From: an uncultured Christensenellaceae bacterium
Lineage (GTDB): Bacteria; Bacillota; Clostridia; Christensenellales; CAG-314
Assembly: GCA_910585195.1 (NCBI GenBank)
Contig: CAJUCX010000008.1
Location: 503-64,502, forward strand
DNA length: 64,000 bases
Direction: 5' to 3'
In this document: one piece after another, positions 45,973-53,732 of the stretch
Layout of the letters: each line of letters opens with the position of its first letter
Position numbering within the stretch: the stretch's first letter is position 1
The notes under the pieces: model-generated
Told to the model about the DNA's origin: nothing
Databases searched by the model: none
Seen by the model: only the letters and a program-made list of their open reading frames with translations
Translations under genes and position numbers: made by a program

Positions 45973-46220
45973 AACAAGGTTGCTGTATAACTGCTTATTT
46001 CCTCATACATACGAATTTGTACTTTAACTTTCTCCGCGAACTCTCTCACTGCTTGCTTTGTGTCGCCGTAGCCTGCGTTGACAAGTGTTTGTGCGATTTC
46101 TTCAATAGAAAGATACGCCACCTGTGAATAGATAACATCATCTTGCTTCTCTGTTCCATCATACTTCCCGATTATATTTGTTATTTCTTCAATCTGCTTT
46201 TGTTTTTCTTGTTCTGTCAT
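45927..46220 (-). CDS. Hypothetical protein
   Basis: 97-aa acidic ORF. Confidence 0.45.
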   Translation of the reverse strand: MTEQEKQKQIEEITNIIGKYDGTEKQDDVIYSQVAYLSIEEIAQTLVNAGYGDTKQAVREFAEKVKVQIRMYEEISSYTATLLCEDIDQLVKETCGE

Positions 46221-46331
46221 TCGTCCACCTCTACGTCGTATTTTTTAGCAATATCTTTCAAGTCTTCATAAAGACAAGCAGTATCTATGCATTCGTCTTG
46301 GTAACCAATTTCTTCGTCCACATAAACTGTT

Positions 46332-46646
46332 TCATTTCTCACCCCTACTTCTTAACGGACATATTTTTTCAATATTATTGCAACTTGTCCATTTCGGTTT
46401 TGGAAAACTTATATTCATTGCAAGGCAAAAATCATTAAAACCGCCTGTTCCACTATCAAGATATTTACACTCGCCACAATCTTTCGGCGCATAGTTTATA
46501 ATGTCATATTCAAATTGTCTTTTTGCTTTTTCTTGCAATTCTTTTAACCGTTCTTTTCTGTTTCTAGTGTCGTAATGTTCGCAATCTTTACAATTCTTTC
46601 CACATATTTTTGTTTCAAATGTGAAACCTTTATTACACTGTGCCAT
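46332..46646 (-). CDS. Cys-rich hypothetical protein
   Basis: ATG 46646 (MAQCNKG) follows GGAGAGGTG. Several CxxC pairs. Confidence 0.45.
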   Translation of the reverse strand: MAQCNKGFTFETKICGKNCKDCEHYDTRNRKERLKELQEKAKRQFEYDIINYAPKDCGECKYLDSGTGGFNDFCLAMNISFPKPKWTSCNNIEKICPLRSRGEK

Positions 46647-46667
46647 TTTTCTCACCTCTCCACTCCG

Positions 46668-46769
46668 CTAGTTTTGCTTCGGCGGTCTTATTCGTAATTC
46701 ACTTGTCTTTGCACCGCTCTCAATGTTTCTGTTATGTTCAGCTTTTATGCTCATTAAAATTGCTTTCAT
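46668..46769 (-). pseudogene. Possible truncated ASCH-like gene fragment (33 codons)
   Basis: GGGAGAG RBS, then MKAILMSIKAEHNRNIESGAKTSELRIRPPKQN-stop. The start resembles ASCH-domain N-termini (MKALLISI.PEY...I..G.KT.E.R). Confidence 0.3.
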
Positions 46770-46843
46770 TTATCTCTCTCCCAATCACAAGCACGGGCGG
46801 TTGCTTGCTTGAATTGTTTTTGTCAAAATGTATTTTTAGGAGA

Positions 46844-47734
46844 TTATTCATTCGCCGCCGCCCCGACGAGTGATTGCTCGATTTCTGCAATAGCTTTTGC
46901 TATTGGATAAACCTGCTGCGGCACTACCGCGTTGCCTAAGCATCTAAGTCTGTCCATCCGAGCGGAAACCCCATTAGCCACTCGACCCACGTCGGGTTCA
47001 ACTTGCCACCAACAATATCGCTCAAACTCGTTTGGTTTTTTCCGCCCTTTTTCTTTTCCGATGCCAACGGTGTCGGAAATACCGCAACATATTCGCTCAG
47101 GTTGCACCCTGCAAGTTTGTATTCTCCTTTCGTTCGGCGCTCTCCGACTTTGCGTAAACTTTCTTCGCTGTATCGCATCCGTATTGCATCGCTTGCTAGC
47201 GGTGTCGGGAATTTTTCTTGCAATGATAAACACTCTCTCTCGTTTGTGCGGTGCTCCAACATTGCAAGCACCCCATATTCCCCAACTCGTCGTATACCCC
47301 ATTTCGGCAAAGCCGTCGAGTATTCTTCGGAAATACCGCTGATTGACCCTTGAATATAGTCCGTAAGTATTTTCGACGATACACCATTTAGGCTTAATGA
47401 GTTTTGATACTCGCATATACTCTTCCCACAAGTCACGGCTGTCAGCATCGCCTTTACCCTTTCCTGCAAGGCTATATGGTTGGCACGGTATTCCGCCCGA
47501 CAAAACTGTGACTGTTCCCGGTTTAATTCCGCTGTCTTGCAAACTTTCAACTGTAATTGCTCGTATGTCGCCAAAGTTCTTTACTCCTTTAAAATTTTTC
47601 GCAAGCACTTTGCTTGCGTATTCGTCCATTTCGCACTGCGCAACCGTTTCAAAACCTGCCCACTCAAACGCCAGGTCTATCCCTCCGATTCCACTACATA
47701 GACTGAAATGAGTCAAATTCATATTTTGCCTCAT
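46844..47734 (-). CDS. DNA (cytosine-5)-methyltransferase, conserved motifs split between two frames
   Basis: Frame A holds motif I FSLCSGIGG, IV GGIPCQPYS, VI IVENTYG, VIII HKRERVFIIA and X CLGNAVVPQ. The overlapping frame (46936-47574) holds the TRD-type FPTPLASDA, FPTPLASEKK and NPTWVEWLMGFPLGWTD. Confidence 0.75.
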   Translation of the reverse strand: MRQNMNLTHFSLCSGIGGIDLAFEWAGFETVAQCEMDEYASKVLAKNFKGVKNFGDIRAITVESLQDSGIKPGTVTVLSGGIPCQPYSLAGKGKGDADSRDLWEEYMRVSKLIKPKWCIVENTYGLYSRVNQRYFRRILDGFAEMGYTTSWGIWGACNVGAPHKRERVFIIARKIPDTASKRCNTDAIQRRKFTQSRRAPNERRIQTCRVQPERICCGISDTVGIGKEKGRKKPNEFERYCWWQVEPDVGRVANGVSARMDRLRCLGNAVVPQQVYPIAKAIAEIEQSLVGAAANE

Positions 47735-48447
47735 ATCTCTACCTCGTCTAAGTTATCGAATAACTGGTCAAGTTCTTCCCTTGTGTATTTGCGCTCCGGA
47801 TAATCACTTTTGCGCTTTTCCTTTTCCGCGCTTTCTTTCGGCTTTGCAAACTCATGTTCTCTCGACGCCCAAACGTTCAACTGCGCCACCCAGTTTAGTA
47901 TCGGCTTGTCCCTGCCCTGCATCCATCCGTTCGCCTCGTAATAGTTGTAAAAACCTGTTGCGATTGAATCTTCAAAACCGAGTTCCTCACAAACCTTTTT
48001 TACCTGAGAGAGCGAGGGCGTTTCAAATTGACTTTTTCTCTCTATACTCTCTCTTTTTTTATCATTTTCATTTACATTTACATTTTCATTAGGTTCCGTG
48101 TCGCTTTGAGTTTGGTTATTATTTGGTTTTGTTTTGGTTTTTGTTTGGTTATTTTTAGTTGATTTTTTATTGCTTTTCGGTTTGGTTTCGGTTGCAGGTC
48201 TACCGCCTTTTTTACCGTTTTCATAGCGTCTGTTATTTGCTTCAATTTGCGGCTTTATTAGCACAAAAGCAGCCTTTTCCGCACCCGTTAAATCCGGCTC
48301 TTCACCATTTAACGCATATCCAAAAAGCGCATTATATACTCTTCCTTGCTGCTCAAAATCCAACTCTTTTATGCCCTCGTAGAAACTGCGATAAAATATA
48401 AAACTATCTCTTTCAATCATCGTCCTGCCCCTTGCAAATATCGTCAT
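47731..48447 (-). CDS. Phage replisome organizer (N-terminal domain-like)
   Basis: SFIFYRSFYEGIKELDFEQQGRVYNALFGYALNGEEP...NRRYENGKKGGRP. Low-complexity N/T/K/Q linker, then a C-terminal domain. Confidence 0.6.
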   Translation of the reverse strand: MTIFARGRTMIERDSFIFYRSFYEGIKELDFEQQGRVYNALFGYALNGEEPDLTGAEKAAFVLIKPQIEANNRRYENGKKGGRPATETKPKSNKKSTKNNQTKTKTKPNNNQTQSDTEPNENVNVNENDKKRESIERKSQFETPSLSQVKKVCEELGFEDSIATGFYNYYEANGWMQGRDKPILNWVAQLNVWASREHEFAKPKESAEKEKRKSDYPERKYTREELDQLFDNLDEVEI

Positions 48448-49039
48448 CCATCACCAACAGCCGAACAAACTTTGTCATCATCCGTTCCGCCAATTTACCT
48501 TTGTCTTTTGGCGTTATGTTTAAGTATTTAATGACCGTTTTAAGTTCGTCAGCCAAATCCTTGCGCCCCTGCTTTTTGCCGTCATAATAGCCTTTTGACG
48601 GCTTGTTTTCCGCAATTCCGAACTTGCCTTTGCCTTGTGAACCTAAATTCTTATTGCGAAGTTGAAAACCAAAATCCGCATACTTTTTTATGTATTTTTG
48701 CTCTTGCTCGTCAAGTTCGCTTTTGGCAAAACACTGCGCTGTTGCAAACCAACCGAACTGGTTTTTATCGTCTGCCAAGCCGTGTTTTTTCAGCGACAAA
48801 TCTATGTGCTGATATCCCACCAAATGCTGCGCAAGCCGTGTCAAAACGTGCTTTGCTTGCCCAATGTAGGCATATTTGATTCCGTTCTCGTCAGTGCGCG
48901 TTAATATGTAGATTCCGCTTTTATCCGTCAAAAGCGGATTTACTGCAAGCCATCTGTTTTTGTTGCGCTGTTCGACGGCTTTGAGTTTCTTGTAATCTGC
49001 TTGTGTCATTTTGCACCTCAAACTAGAATGGCAAGTCAT
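48413..49039 (-). CDS. GIY-YIG domain protein
   Basis: SGIYILTRTDENGIKYAYIGQAKHVLTRLAQH. Confidence 0.6.
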   Translation of the reverse strand: MTCHSSLRCKMTQADYKKLKAVEQRNKNRWLAVNPLLTDKSGIYILTRTDENGIKYAYIGQAKHVLTRLAQHLVGYQHIDLSLKKHGLADDKNQFGWFATAQCFAKSELDEQEQKYIKKYADFGFQLRNKNLGSQGKGKFGIAENKPSKGYYDGKKQGRKDLADELKTVIKYLNITPKDKGKLAERMMTKFVRLLVMDDDICKGQDDD

Positions 49040-49445
49040 CTTCTTCGATTGGCTCTAACTGGTCAATCGCAGGACTGCGTTTCTTTGGCGCAGGCGGCGG
49101 TGTTCCGTAATCGTCATTTGCGCTGTTATCTTTTGAGCCCAAAAATTCGACGTGTTCAGCAATAATCTCAGTTACGTATTTTTTTTGACCGTCCCTATCT
49201 TCATACCGTCTTGTTTGTATACTGCCAGTAACAGCGCATTGTCTGCCCTTTTTCAAATACCTTGCACAGCTCTCTCCCATTTCACGCCATACAACAATGT
49301 TCAAGTAGTCTGTAATTCTCTCGCCGCGTTGGTCTACATATGGTCTGCTAATTGCAAGCGAAAATCTGCACACACTTACGCCGCTCAGCGTTTCTGTCAA
49401 TTCAGGGTCGGCTGTAAGTCTGCCTATTAAAATCGCTTTGTTCAT
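49023..49445 (-). CDS. ssb: Single-stranded DNA-binding protein
   Basis: MNKAILIGRLTADPEL... OB fold with the acidic tail EEDDLPF. Confidence 0.9.
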   Translation of the reverse strand: MNKAILIGRLTADPELTETLSGVSVCRFSLAISRPYVDQRGERITDYLNIVVWREMGESCARYLKKGRQCAVTGSIQTRRYEDRDGQKKYVTEIIAEHVEFLGSKDNSANDDYGTPPPAPKKRSPAIDQLEPIEEDDLPF

Positions 49446-49636
49446 CGTCTCCTTTTACTCCTTAAAGTGCACTGCCTGCTTAATTGCATCCTCATTTGAA
49501 GATTATCTAATCTTTCAATATTTTTCTTTATCTGGTCTAGTATAAATTCCGTTTCTCGTCCGCCGTTTTTATAGTTAATCAATAACCTGTTCAAACGTAC
49601 TATTTCGTCGTATATGTCTCTTTCATTCAGTGTCAT
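49442..49636 (-). CDS. Hypothetical protein
   Basis: 64-aa ORF with 4-nt overlaps to its neighbours. Confidence 0.4.
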   Translation of the reverse strand: MTLNERDIYDEIVRLNRLLINYKNGGRETEFILDQIKKNIERLDNLQMRMQLSRQCTLRSKRRR

Positions 49637-50196
49637 TTTTCACTCTCCAATAAACTCGTTAACTCCAACAGTTCTGCCGGGGTCTTTGTCTCTATTCCCA
49701 AGTCTTGGCACTCTCTCACAATGCCTTCCAACAGCCTTGACATTTGTTTCGTGTCATAAGTTGATGAACCGTAACACACTCGAATATGCTCAAATTCCTT
49801 GCCGTTCACAAAGCCGCTACCGAGCCTTTTAACGGGCATTCCGCATTGTTTGACAAATACCTCAACCGCTTCTTTTTTAAGCGTTACGGTTTCAAACACG
49901 CCGTATTCTATAAGCATTTTTTCGTAAAGCTCGTCTTTGCTCTCAGGCAATTTTTCTGCCATTTTATCTAGCAAAACCCACATGTACGCATTCGCATCTA
50001 ACGACCGCTTTTCTCGATGCTGTTTTATCTCTACGTTAAACACCTTGCCGCTTTCAAGCTGTTGTCTCAATTGTGGTAGGTCGTTTCTTATACTTGGTAA
50101 ATTGGGTTTGTGCAAGGACAACACAAGTTCTGCGTTGTCCTGCTCATCCACCGTAAGTCTTATTTTGTTAATTTGAACTTTCATTGCGCCGCCCAC
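49633..50196 (-). CDS. NinB/HNHc_6-like recombination-associated protein (tentative)
   Basis: KRSLDANAYMWVLL resembles lambda NinB RSLDQNRKLW. 187 aa. Confidence 0.4.
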   Translation of the reverse strand: MGGAMKVQINKIRLTVDEQDNAELVLSLHKPNLPSIRNDLPQLRQQLESGKVFNVEIKQHREKRSLDANAYMWVLLDKMAEKLPESKDELYEKMLIEYGVFETVTLKKEAVEVFVKQCGMPVKRLGSGFVNGKEFEHIRVCYGSSTYDTKQMSRLLEGIVRECQDLGIETKTPAELLELTSLLESEK

Positions 50197-50804
50197 TTTT
50201 CCAAGAAGAGGTCAAACAACTTTTCTTGTTTTAAGTAGTTGATAAACTGCTCTGCTATGTCCGTAATCAGCACCGTTTCTTTCGGATAATACGTCTCTCT
50301 GTAAATACTCTTCGAGTCGTCGCATACAAGGTATGTAAACTTGTGCGCTTCAGGTATGCAAAAGAAATATTCAGGGTGCTGCGGACTGTTAAGATACTTG
50401 CCGACTTCGTATTTCTTTACGCGCTTAATATCATAAATCTCGCCGCATTTAACTGCGTCGCACTTTGCCATAAACAAGCATCTAATGCCCTGTACCGTTG
50501 CTTCTTTGTACGCCCTGACTTGAAACTGTGCGCCGCGAACTATCTTCGCCATTTCCTTTACTTCGTCTGCATAGTCATCGTCAAAGTCTCTTGCGCAGGC
50601 ATAAACGTCGTTTTCAAAATCTATGCCCTTTTGCTGTGCTTCCGTGGTCTCGGTTTCAACGCGGTTTAAGGTCTGCAAAAAACTTTCTTTTGCGTCGTCT
50701 TCACAGCCTTCCGCACAGTCCCACATATAGCCCCAACTCGACAGCAGGCTTTGCGTGATTAAAACTTTATTATGCTTTTGCACTTGCATTGTCTTCACCT
50801 GCAT
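50181..50804 (-). CDS. PD-(D/E)XK nuclease-like protein (tentative)
   Basis: 207 aa. FMAKCDAVKCGEIYDIKR fits a D...(D/E)xK core. Partner position next to the AAA_24 ATPase. Confidence 0.4.
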   Translation of the reverse strand: MQVKTMQVQKHNKVLITQSLLSSWGYMWDCAEGCEDDAKESFLQTLNRVETETTEAQQKGIDFENDVYACARDFDDDYADEVKEMAKIVRGAQFQVRAYKEATVQGIRCLFMAKCDAVKCGEIYDIKRVKKYEVGKYLNSPQHPEYFFCIPEAHKFTYLVCDDSKSIYRETYYPKETVLITDIAEQFINYLKQEKLFDLFLEKWAAQ

Positions 50805-51750
50805 CTTCTTTCTTTGTCAGTTCATAGCGTTTTGCCTGTCCGTTCCACGCTATGCCAAGGCTGTCAATCTTCTCACGAAACATTGCTTTAATTTCTACTT
50901 GGCTTGTAAGTGCGTGTTCTATTTTCTTAAACTCGTTTGTAAAGTTATTCGCCGTTTCAATGTCAACAACCTTTTCCACAAGTTTCGCACCTGCCGAAAT
51001 TGCCGCGTCGTAAACTTCTTTTTGCTTCGAAAAATATTCGTTTTCCAATGCAATATTTTGGCGCGCTTCGTCAAACAGTTTCGTAATATAATCGTTTTTT
51101 GCGTTATCTTCAAGTGTTGGTATTTTTCTCAATCCGTTGATACCGTAGCAGCCTTTTGCGAAGTATGTATCCGTCGGAGTAAAGCCTGCCACACGCACTC
51201 CGTTGTCCATGTACATATAGCAACCCAAGTCGCACGGCTGCCACACAAGGTTTCTTGCACTACCTTCGCACATAAGCCTTACAATAGGGTTTCCGTCCTT
51301 GTCTTTTTCTTCCACACTGTGGAATACGAAAATTACGTTTTTGTTATAAACCGTCTTAATCTTGTTTACGAAACTTTGGAACTCCGCTTTAACCGCGCCG
51401 AAACCTTTTATGGATATCGTTCCGCTCTTCGTTCTGTTCACTGCATCTTTTCTTACAACGTAGTCCTGCATAAGCGTTACAAGCGCGCCGCCTGTATCAA
51501 CTACGATTGTTTTTGCCCTTTGGAATGCATCCGATTTCAAGTCTTCCAAAAGTTCTTCGTATGTATCTACCATACTTGCTATTGTTCTATGCTGTGCTTT
51601 AACCCTGCTGATACCCTTGTCCAAGTCAAGCAGTATAGGGTCGGGTGCCGAAAGTGCCAACGTAGTTTTGCCTGTGCCCGGCGCGCCTACGATTATCATG
51701 CTGAATTTTTTGTCGTCAAATTTCATTTCATTTGGTTGCAATATTGCCAT
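50770..51750 (-). CDS. AAA_24-type (Sak4-like) phage ATPase
   Basis: Walker A IVGAPGTGKTT near the N-terminus, Walker B TIVVDTG. 326 aa. Confidence 0.75.
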   Translation of the reverse strand: MAILQPNEMKFDDKKFSMIIVGAPGTGKTTLALSAPDPILLDLDKGISRVKAQHRTIASMVDTYEELLEDLKSDAFQRAKTIVVDTGGALVTLMQDYVVRKDAVNRTKSGTISIKGFGAVKAEFQSFVNKIKTVYNKNVIFVFHSVEEKDKDGNPIVRLMCEGSARNLVWQPCDLGCYMYMDNGVRVAGFTPTDTYFAKGCYGINGLRKIPTLEDNAKNDYITKLFDEARQNIALENEYFSKQKEVYDAAISAGAKLVEKVVDIETANNFTNEFKKIEHALTSQVEIKAMFREKIDSLGIAWNGQAKRYELTKKEDAGEDNASAKA

Positions 51751-51763
51751 TTCTCTTTTCTCC

Positions 51764-51964
51764 TTATTTTCCTAATTGAATATCTATTTTGTTGTTTACC
51801 GCGTCCCAGTACGCATCTTCTTCTCTGCACTCGGGGCAGCACGCCTTGCAAATGCACTCATAGCCGTGCTCGGTGCACATATCCCACGGCATTATTGATT
51901 CGCCGCAGACTTCACATACGAGTTCGCACTCTTCGTCATCTTCATAAGCATCATGAATTTTCAT
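51764..51964 (-). CDS. Cys-rich zinc-finger protein
   Basis: 66 aa with CEVC...C..H..C.C..CC.EC. Confidence 0.45.
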   Translation of the reverse strand: MKIHDAYEDDEECELVCEVCGESIMPWDMCTEHGYECICKACCPECREEDAYWDAVNNKIDIQLGK

Positions 51965-52043
51965 TTTTTCTACCTCCTACTTGTGTTTTTCAAATTTTTG
52001 TGTTATTATAGGAGTGCAAAAGAGTTGGTTATCTATTTGCACT

Positions 52044-52205
52044 CTAAACCGTTTCACCACTGCAATGGTGAGCGGTTTTTTCTTTTACTCTTCGGCAGTA
52101 AATCTTTCCGCCGAACTTCTGCGCTATTCCCGCCGCGTCCGATAAACGGTCGCACTCGCAGTTGATTTTTAACTTGCCCTTTTGGGCGCTTACGAAAAAC
52201 TTCAT
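52044..52205 (-). CDS. Hypothetical small protein (53 aa, below the ORF-track cutoff)
   Basis: Its ATG overlaps the stop of the upstream gene (ATATGAAG). Hand translation begins MKFFVSAQKGKLKINCECDRLSDAAGIAQKFGGKIY... Confidence 0.35.
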   Translation of the reverse strand: MKFFVSAQKGKLKINCECDRLSDAAGIAQKFGGKIYCRRVKEKTAHHCSGETV

Positions 52206-52441
52206 ATCATTAACTCTCTCGGCAAGCCTGCAAAGTCTAAATAATCAACTGTTCTGACCCTTTTACGGTCATTCTTTCTTGCCCCACAAAGCGGTGTCCT
52301 GCCGTTCTCCCTTAGCCACTGGTTTATCATTTCAATGTAGCGATACGCCATATCGTGCTTACAATCAAATAAGACTTTTATGTCGTCTGGGGTTAACAGC
52401 GGCTTTTTAAGTATTTCGTTTCTTGTTTCTACTGCGCACAC
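52202..52441 (-). CDS. Hypothetical early protein (possible HTH / excisionase-like)
   Basis: 79 aa. LLTPDDIKVLFDCKHDMAYRYIEMINQWL looks like a small winged-helix/MerR-type DNA binder. Second gene of the lytic early transcript. Confidence 0.4.
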   Translation of the reverse strand: MCAVETRNEILKKPLLTPDDIKVLFDCKHDMAYRYIEMINQWLRENGRTPLCGARKNDRKRVRTVDYLDFAGLPRELMI

Positions 52442-52453
52442 TTTCTCACCTCC

Positions 52454-52642
52454 TTAAAAACATTCAACAATTTCATCAACACTCACCTGCAAAATTTCTG
52501 CAAGTTTTTTTATTGTGTCTAGCTTGGGTCTCGCCTTGCCTCGTTCCCATTTTGATAGCGTAGTTTGCTTTATTCCACAGGCTTTTGCAAGGTCTTGCTG
52601 CTTATCAAATCCCTTCTTTTTTCTTAGTTCTTTGAATTTCAT
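52454..52642 (-). CDS. Cro-like XRE-family HTH regulator
   Basis: 62 aa. KQQDLAKACGIKQTTLSKWERGKARP. GGAGG RBS. Divergent from the repressor gene. Confidence 0.8.
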   Translation of the reverse strand: MKFKELRKKKGFDKQQDLAKACGIKQTTLSKWERGKARPKLDTIKKLAEILQVSVDEIVECF

Positions 52643-52659
52643 TGCTACCTCCTTTTATA

Positions 52660-52680
52660 TTTAGGAATTTAATTCCTAAA
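52660..52680. promoter_or_regulatory. Operator: perfect 10+1+10 palindrome
   Basis: tttaggaatt-t-aattcctaaa. Lies just downstream of the -10 of the leftward (cro) promoter. Confidence 0.7.
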
Positions 52681-52683
52681 ACA

Positions 52684-52712
52684 ATATTACATTATTAAAA
52701 TAGGAATGTCAA
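52684..52712 (-). promoter_or_regulatory. Early lytic promoter (TTGACA-17-TAATAT)
   Basis: Read on the minus strand. Its -35 is embedded in a second inverted repeat, aatagg-N9-cctatt (52699-52719). Confidence 0.65.
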
Positions 52713-52742
52713 GCCTATTTATGAAAAAATTTCATAAAATTA

Positions 52743-52770
52743 TTGTAAAATATGAAAATATTTCCTATAA
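52743..52770 (+). promoter_or_regulatory. Repressor promoter (TTGTAA-16-TATAAT) giving a leaderless or near-leaderless mRNA
   Basis: The -10 ends 7 nt before ATG 52778, and there is no SD in between. Confidence 0.5.
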
Positions 52771-52777
52771 TCAAAAT

Positions 52778-53362
52778 ATGAAAACGATTTTTAGAGATTT
52801 AAGAAAAGAAAAATCATTAACACAAATGGAATTAGCAAAAATTCTTAATATAGACCAAACCACTGTATCAAAATGGGAAGTTGGAAAAGCAATTCCTGAT
52901 TATGACACTTTACAAAGGCTCGCAGATTTTTATAATGTGTCAGTCGACTACCTTTTAGGAAGAGAAAATAAGCATTTTGTCAGCCCTACATTTGAACAAA
53001 ATACTGCTTTAATAAGATTAAAAGAATTACGCGAGAGTAAAAACTTAACCCAAGCAAAATTAGCCGAGATTTTAGGCGTTGGCAGGACAACAATCACGAT
53101 GTATGAAAAAGGTGCAATAGTTCCTCCCGCAGATATTCTACAAAAATTAGCCAACTACTTTGATGTTTCAGTCGACTACCTTCTTGGACGTAAAGAATCA
53201 TTGCAAAAAAAAATGCCGGCAGGATTTCCCTCCGACATTTCACAATTTGAAAATGATTTACGCAAAGTCAACTTCCCCGTTGACAAATGGACTCAGTTAA
53301 GTGATGAGCAACAAAGAATTTTGCTCTCCACTATTGAAAACTTTATCAAGAGCAACAAGTAG
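52778..53362 (+). CDS. cI-like repressor with two tandem XRE HTH domains
   Basis: Two repeats: SLTQMELAKILNIDQTTVSKWEVGKAIPDYDTLQRLADFYNVSVDYLLGR and NLTQAKLAEILGVGRTTITMYEKGAIVPPADILQKLANYFDVSVDYLLGR. The ORF-track start 52706 adds 24 unlikely residues. Confidence 0.8.
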   Translation: MKTIFRDLRKEKSLTQMELAKILNIDQTTVSKWEVGKAIPDYDTLQRLADFYNVSVDYLLGRENKHFVSPTFEQNTALIRLKELRESKNLTQAKLAEILGVGRTTITMYEKGAIVPPADILQKLANYFDVSVDYLLGRKESLQKKMPAGFPSDISQFENDLRKVNFPVDKWTQLSDEQQRILLSTIENFIKSNK

Positions 53363-53732
53363 TTCATCATATGTAATGTCATATTTTTGGCATAGCTCAA
53401 TCATTGCAAGATATAATTCGTGCATTTTAGATTTCCTCCAAATGAATTTTAGCAATGCGCATTGCCTGATTAAATTATAAAATAGTAATTTTAATAGTTC
53501 AATAGCGAGGATTGTCGATACGGTACTTCTTTTGTCGGCTGTTGTCGAAGTGCTTGACGAATAAAAAAAGTTCAAATTACAAATTGGAAATAAATGGTAA
53601 AAATTGGAAATTTACAGTGAAACCTGAGTACCCAGTTAAACACATTGAAAACGCAGACCTTGAAGAATACAGATTTCTTGGTCTAGTGGCTAAGCTGATA
53701 AGAGATTTGTAAAAAAACTAAGGAATTTGATT

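Noticed and set aside
46936-47574. 212-aa minus-strand ORF as an independent gene
   Set aside because: Its N-terminal two thirds are out-of-frame junk of the methyltransferase N-domain. Only its C-terminal ~95 aa carry real methyltransferase TRD motifs. It is treated as part of the frame-split methyltransferase finding, not as a separate gene.
50755-52011. 418-aa + strand ORF, the longest unexplained ORF in the track
   Set aside because: It is entirely antisense to the AAA_24 ATPase and zinc-finger genes. Its translation is Cys/Phe/Arg/Val-rich junk without an RBS. It is a typical shadow ORF of a minus-strand gene.
53512-53712. 66-aa + strand ORF upstream of the SIR2 gene as a possible partner gene
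   Set aside because: It starts at a TTG directly abutting its only SD-like sequence, and the first half is low-quality sequence. The tail (KFTVKPEYPVKHIENADLEEYRFLGLVAKLIRDL) might be a gene remnant. I cannot support it as a functional second component.
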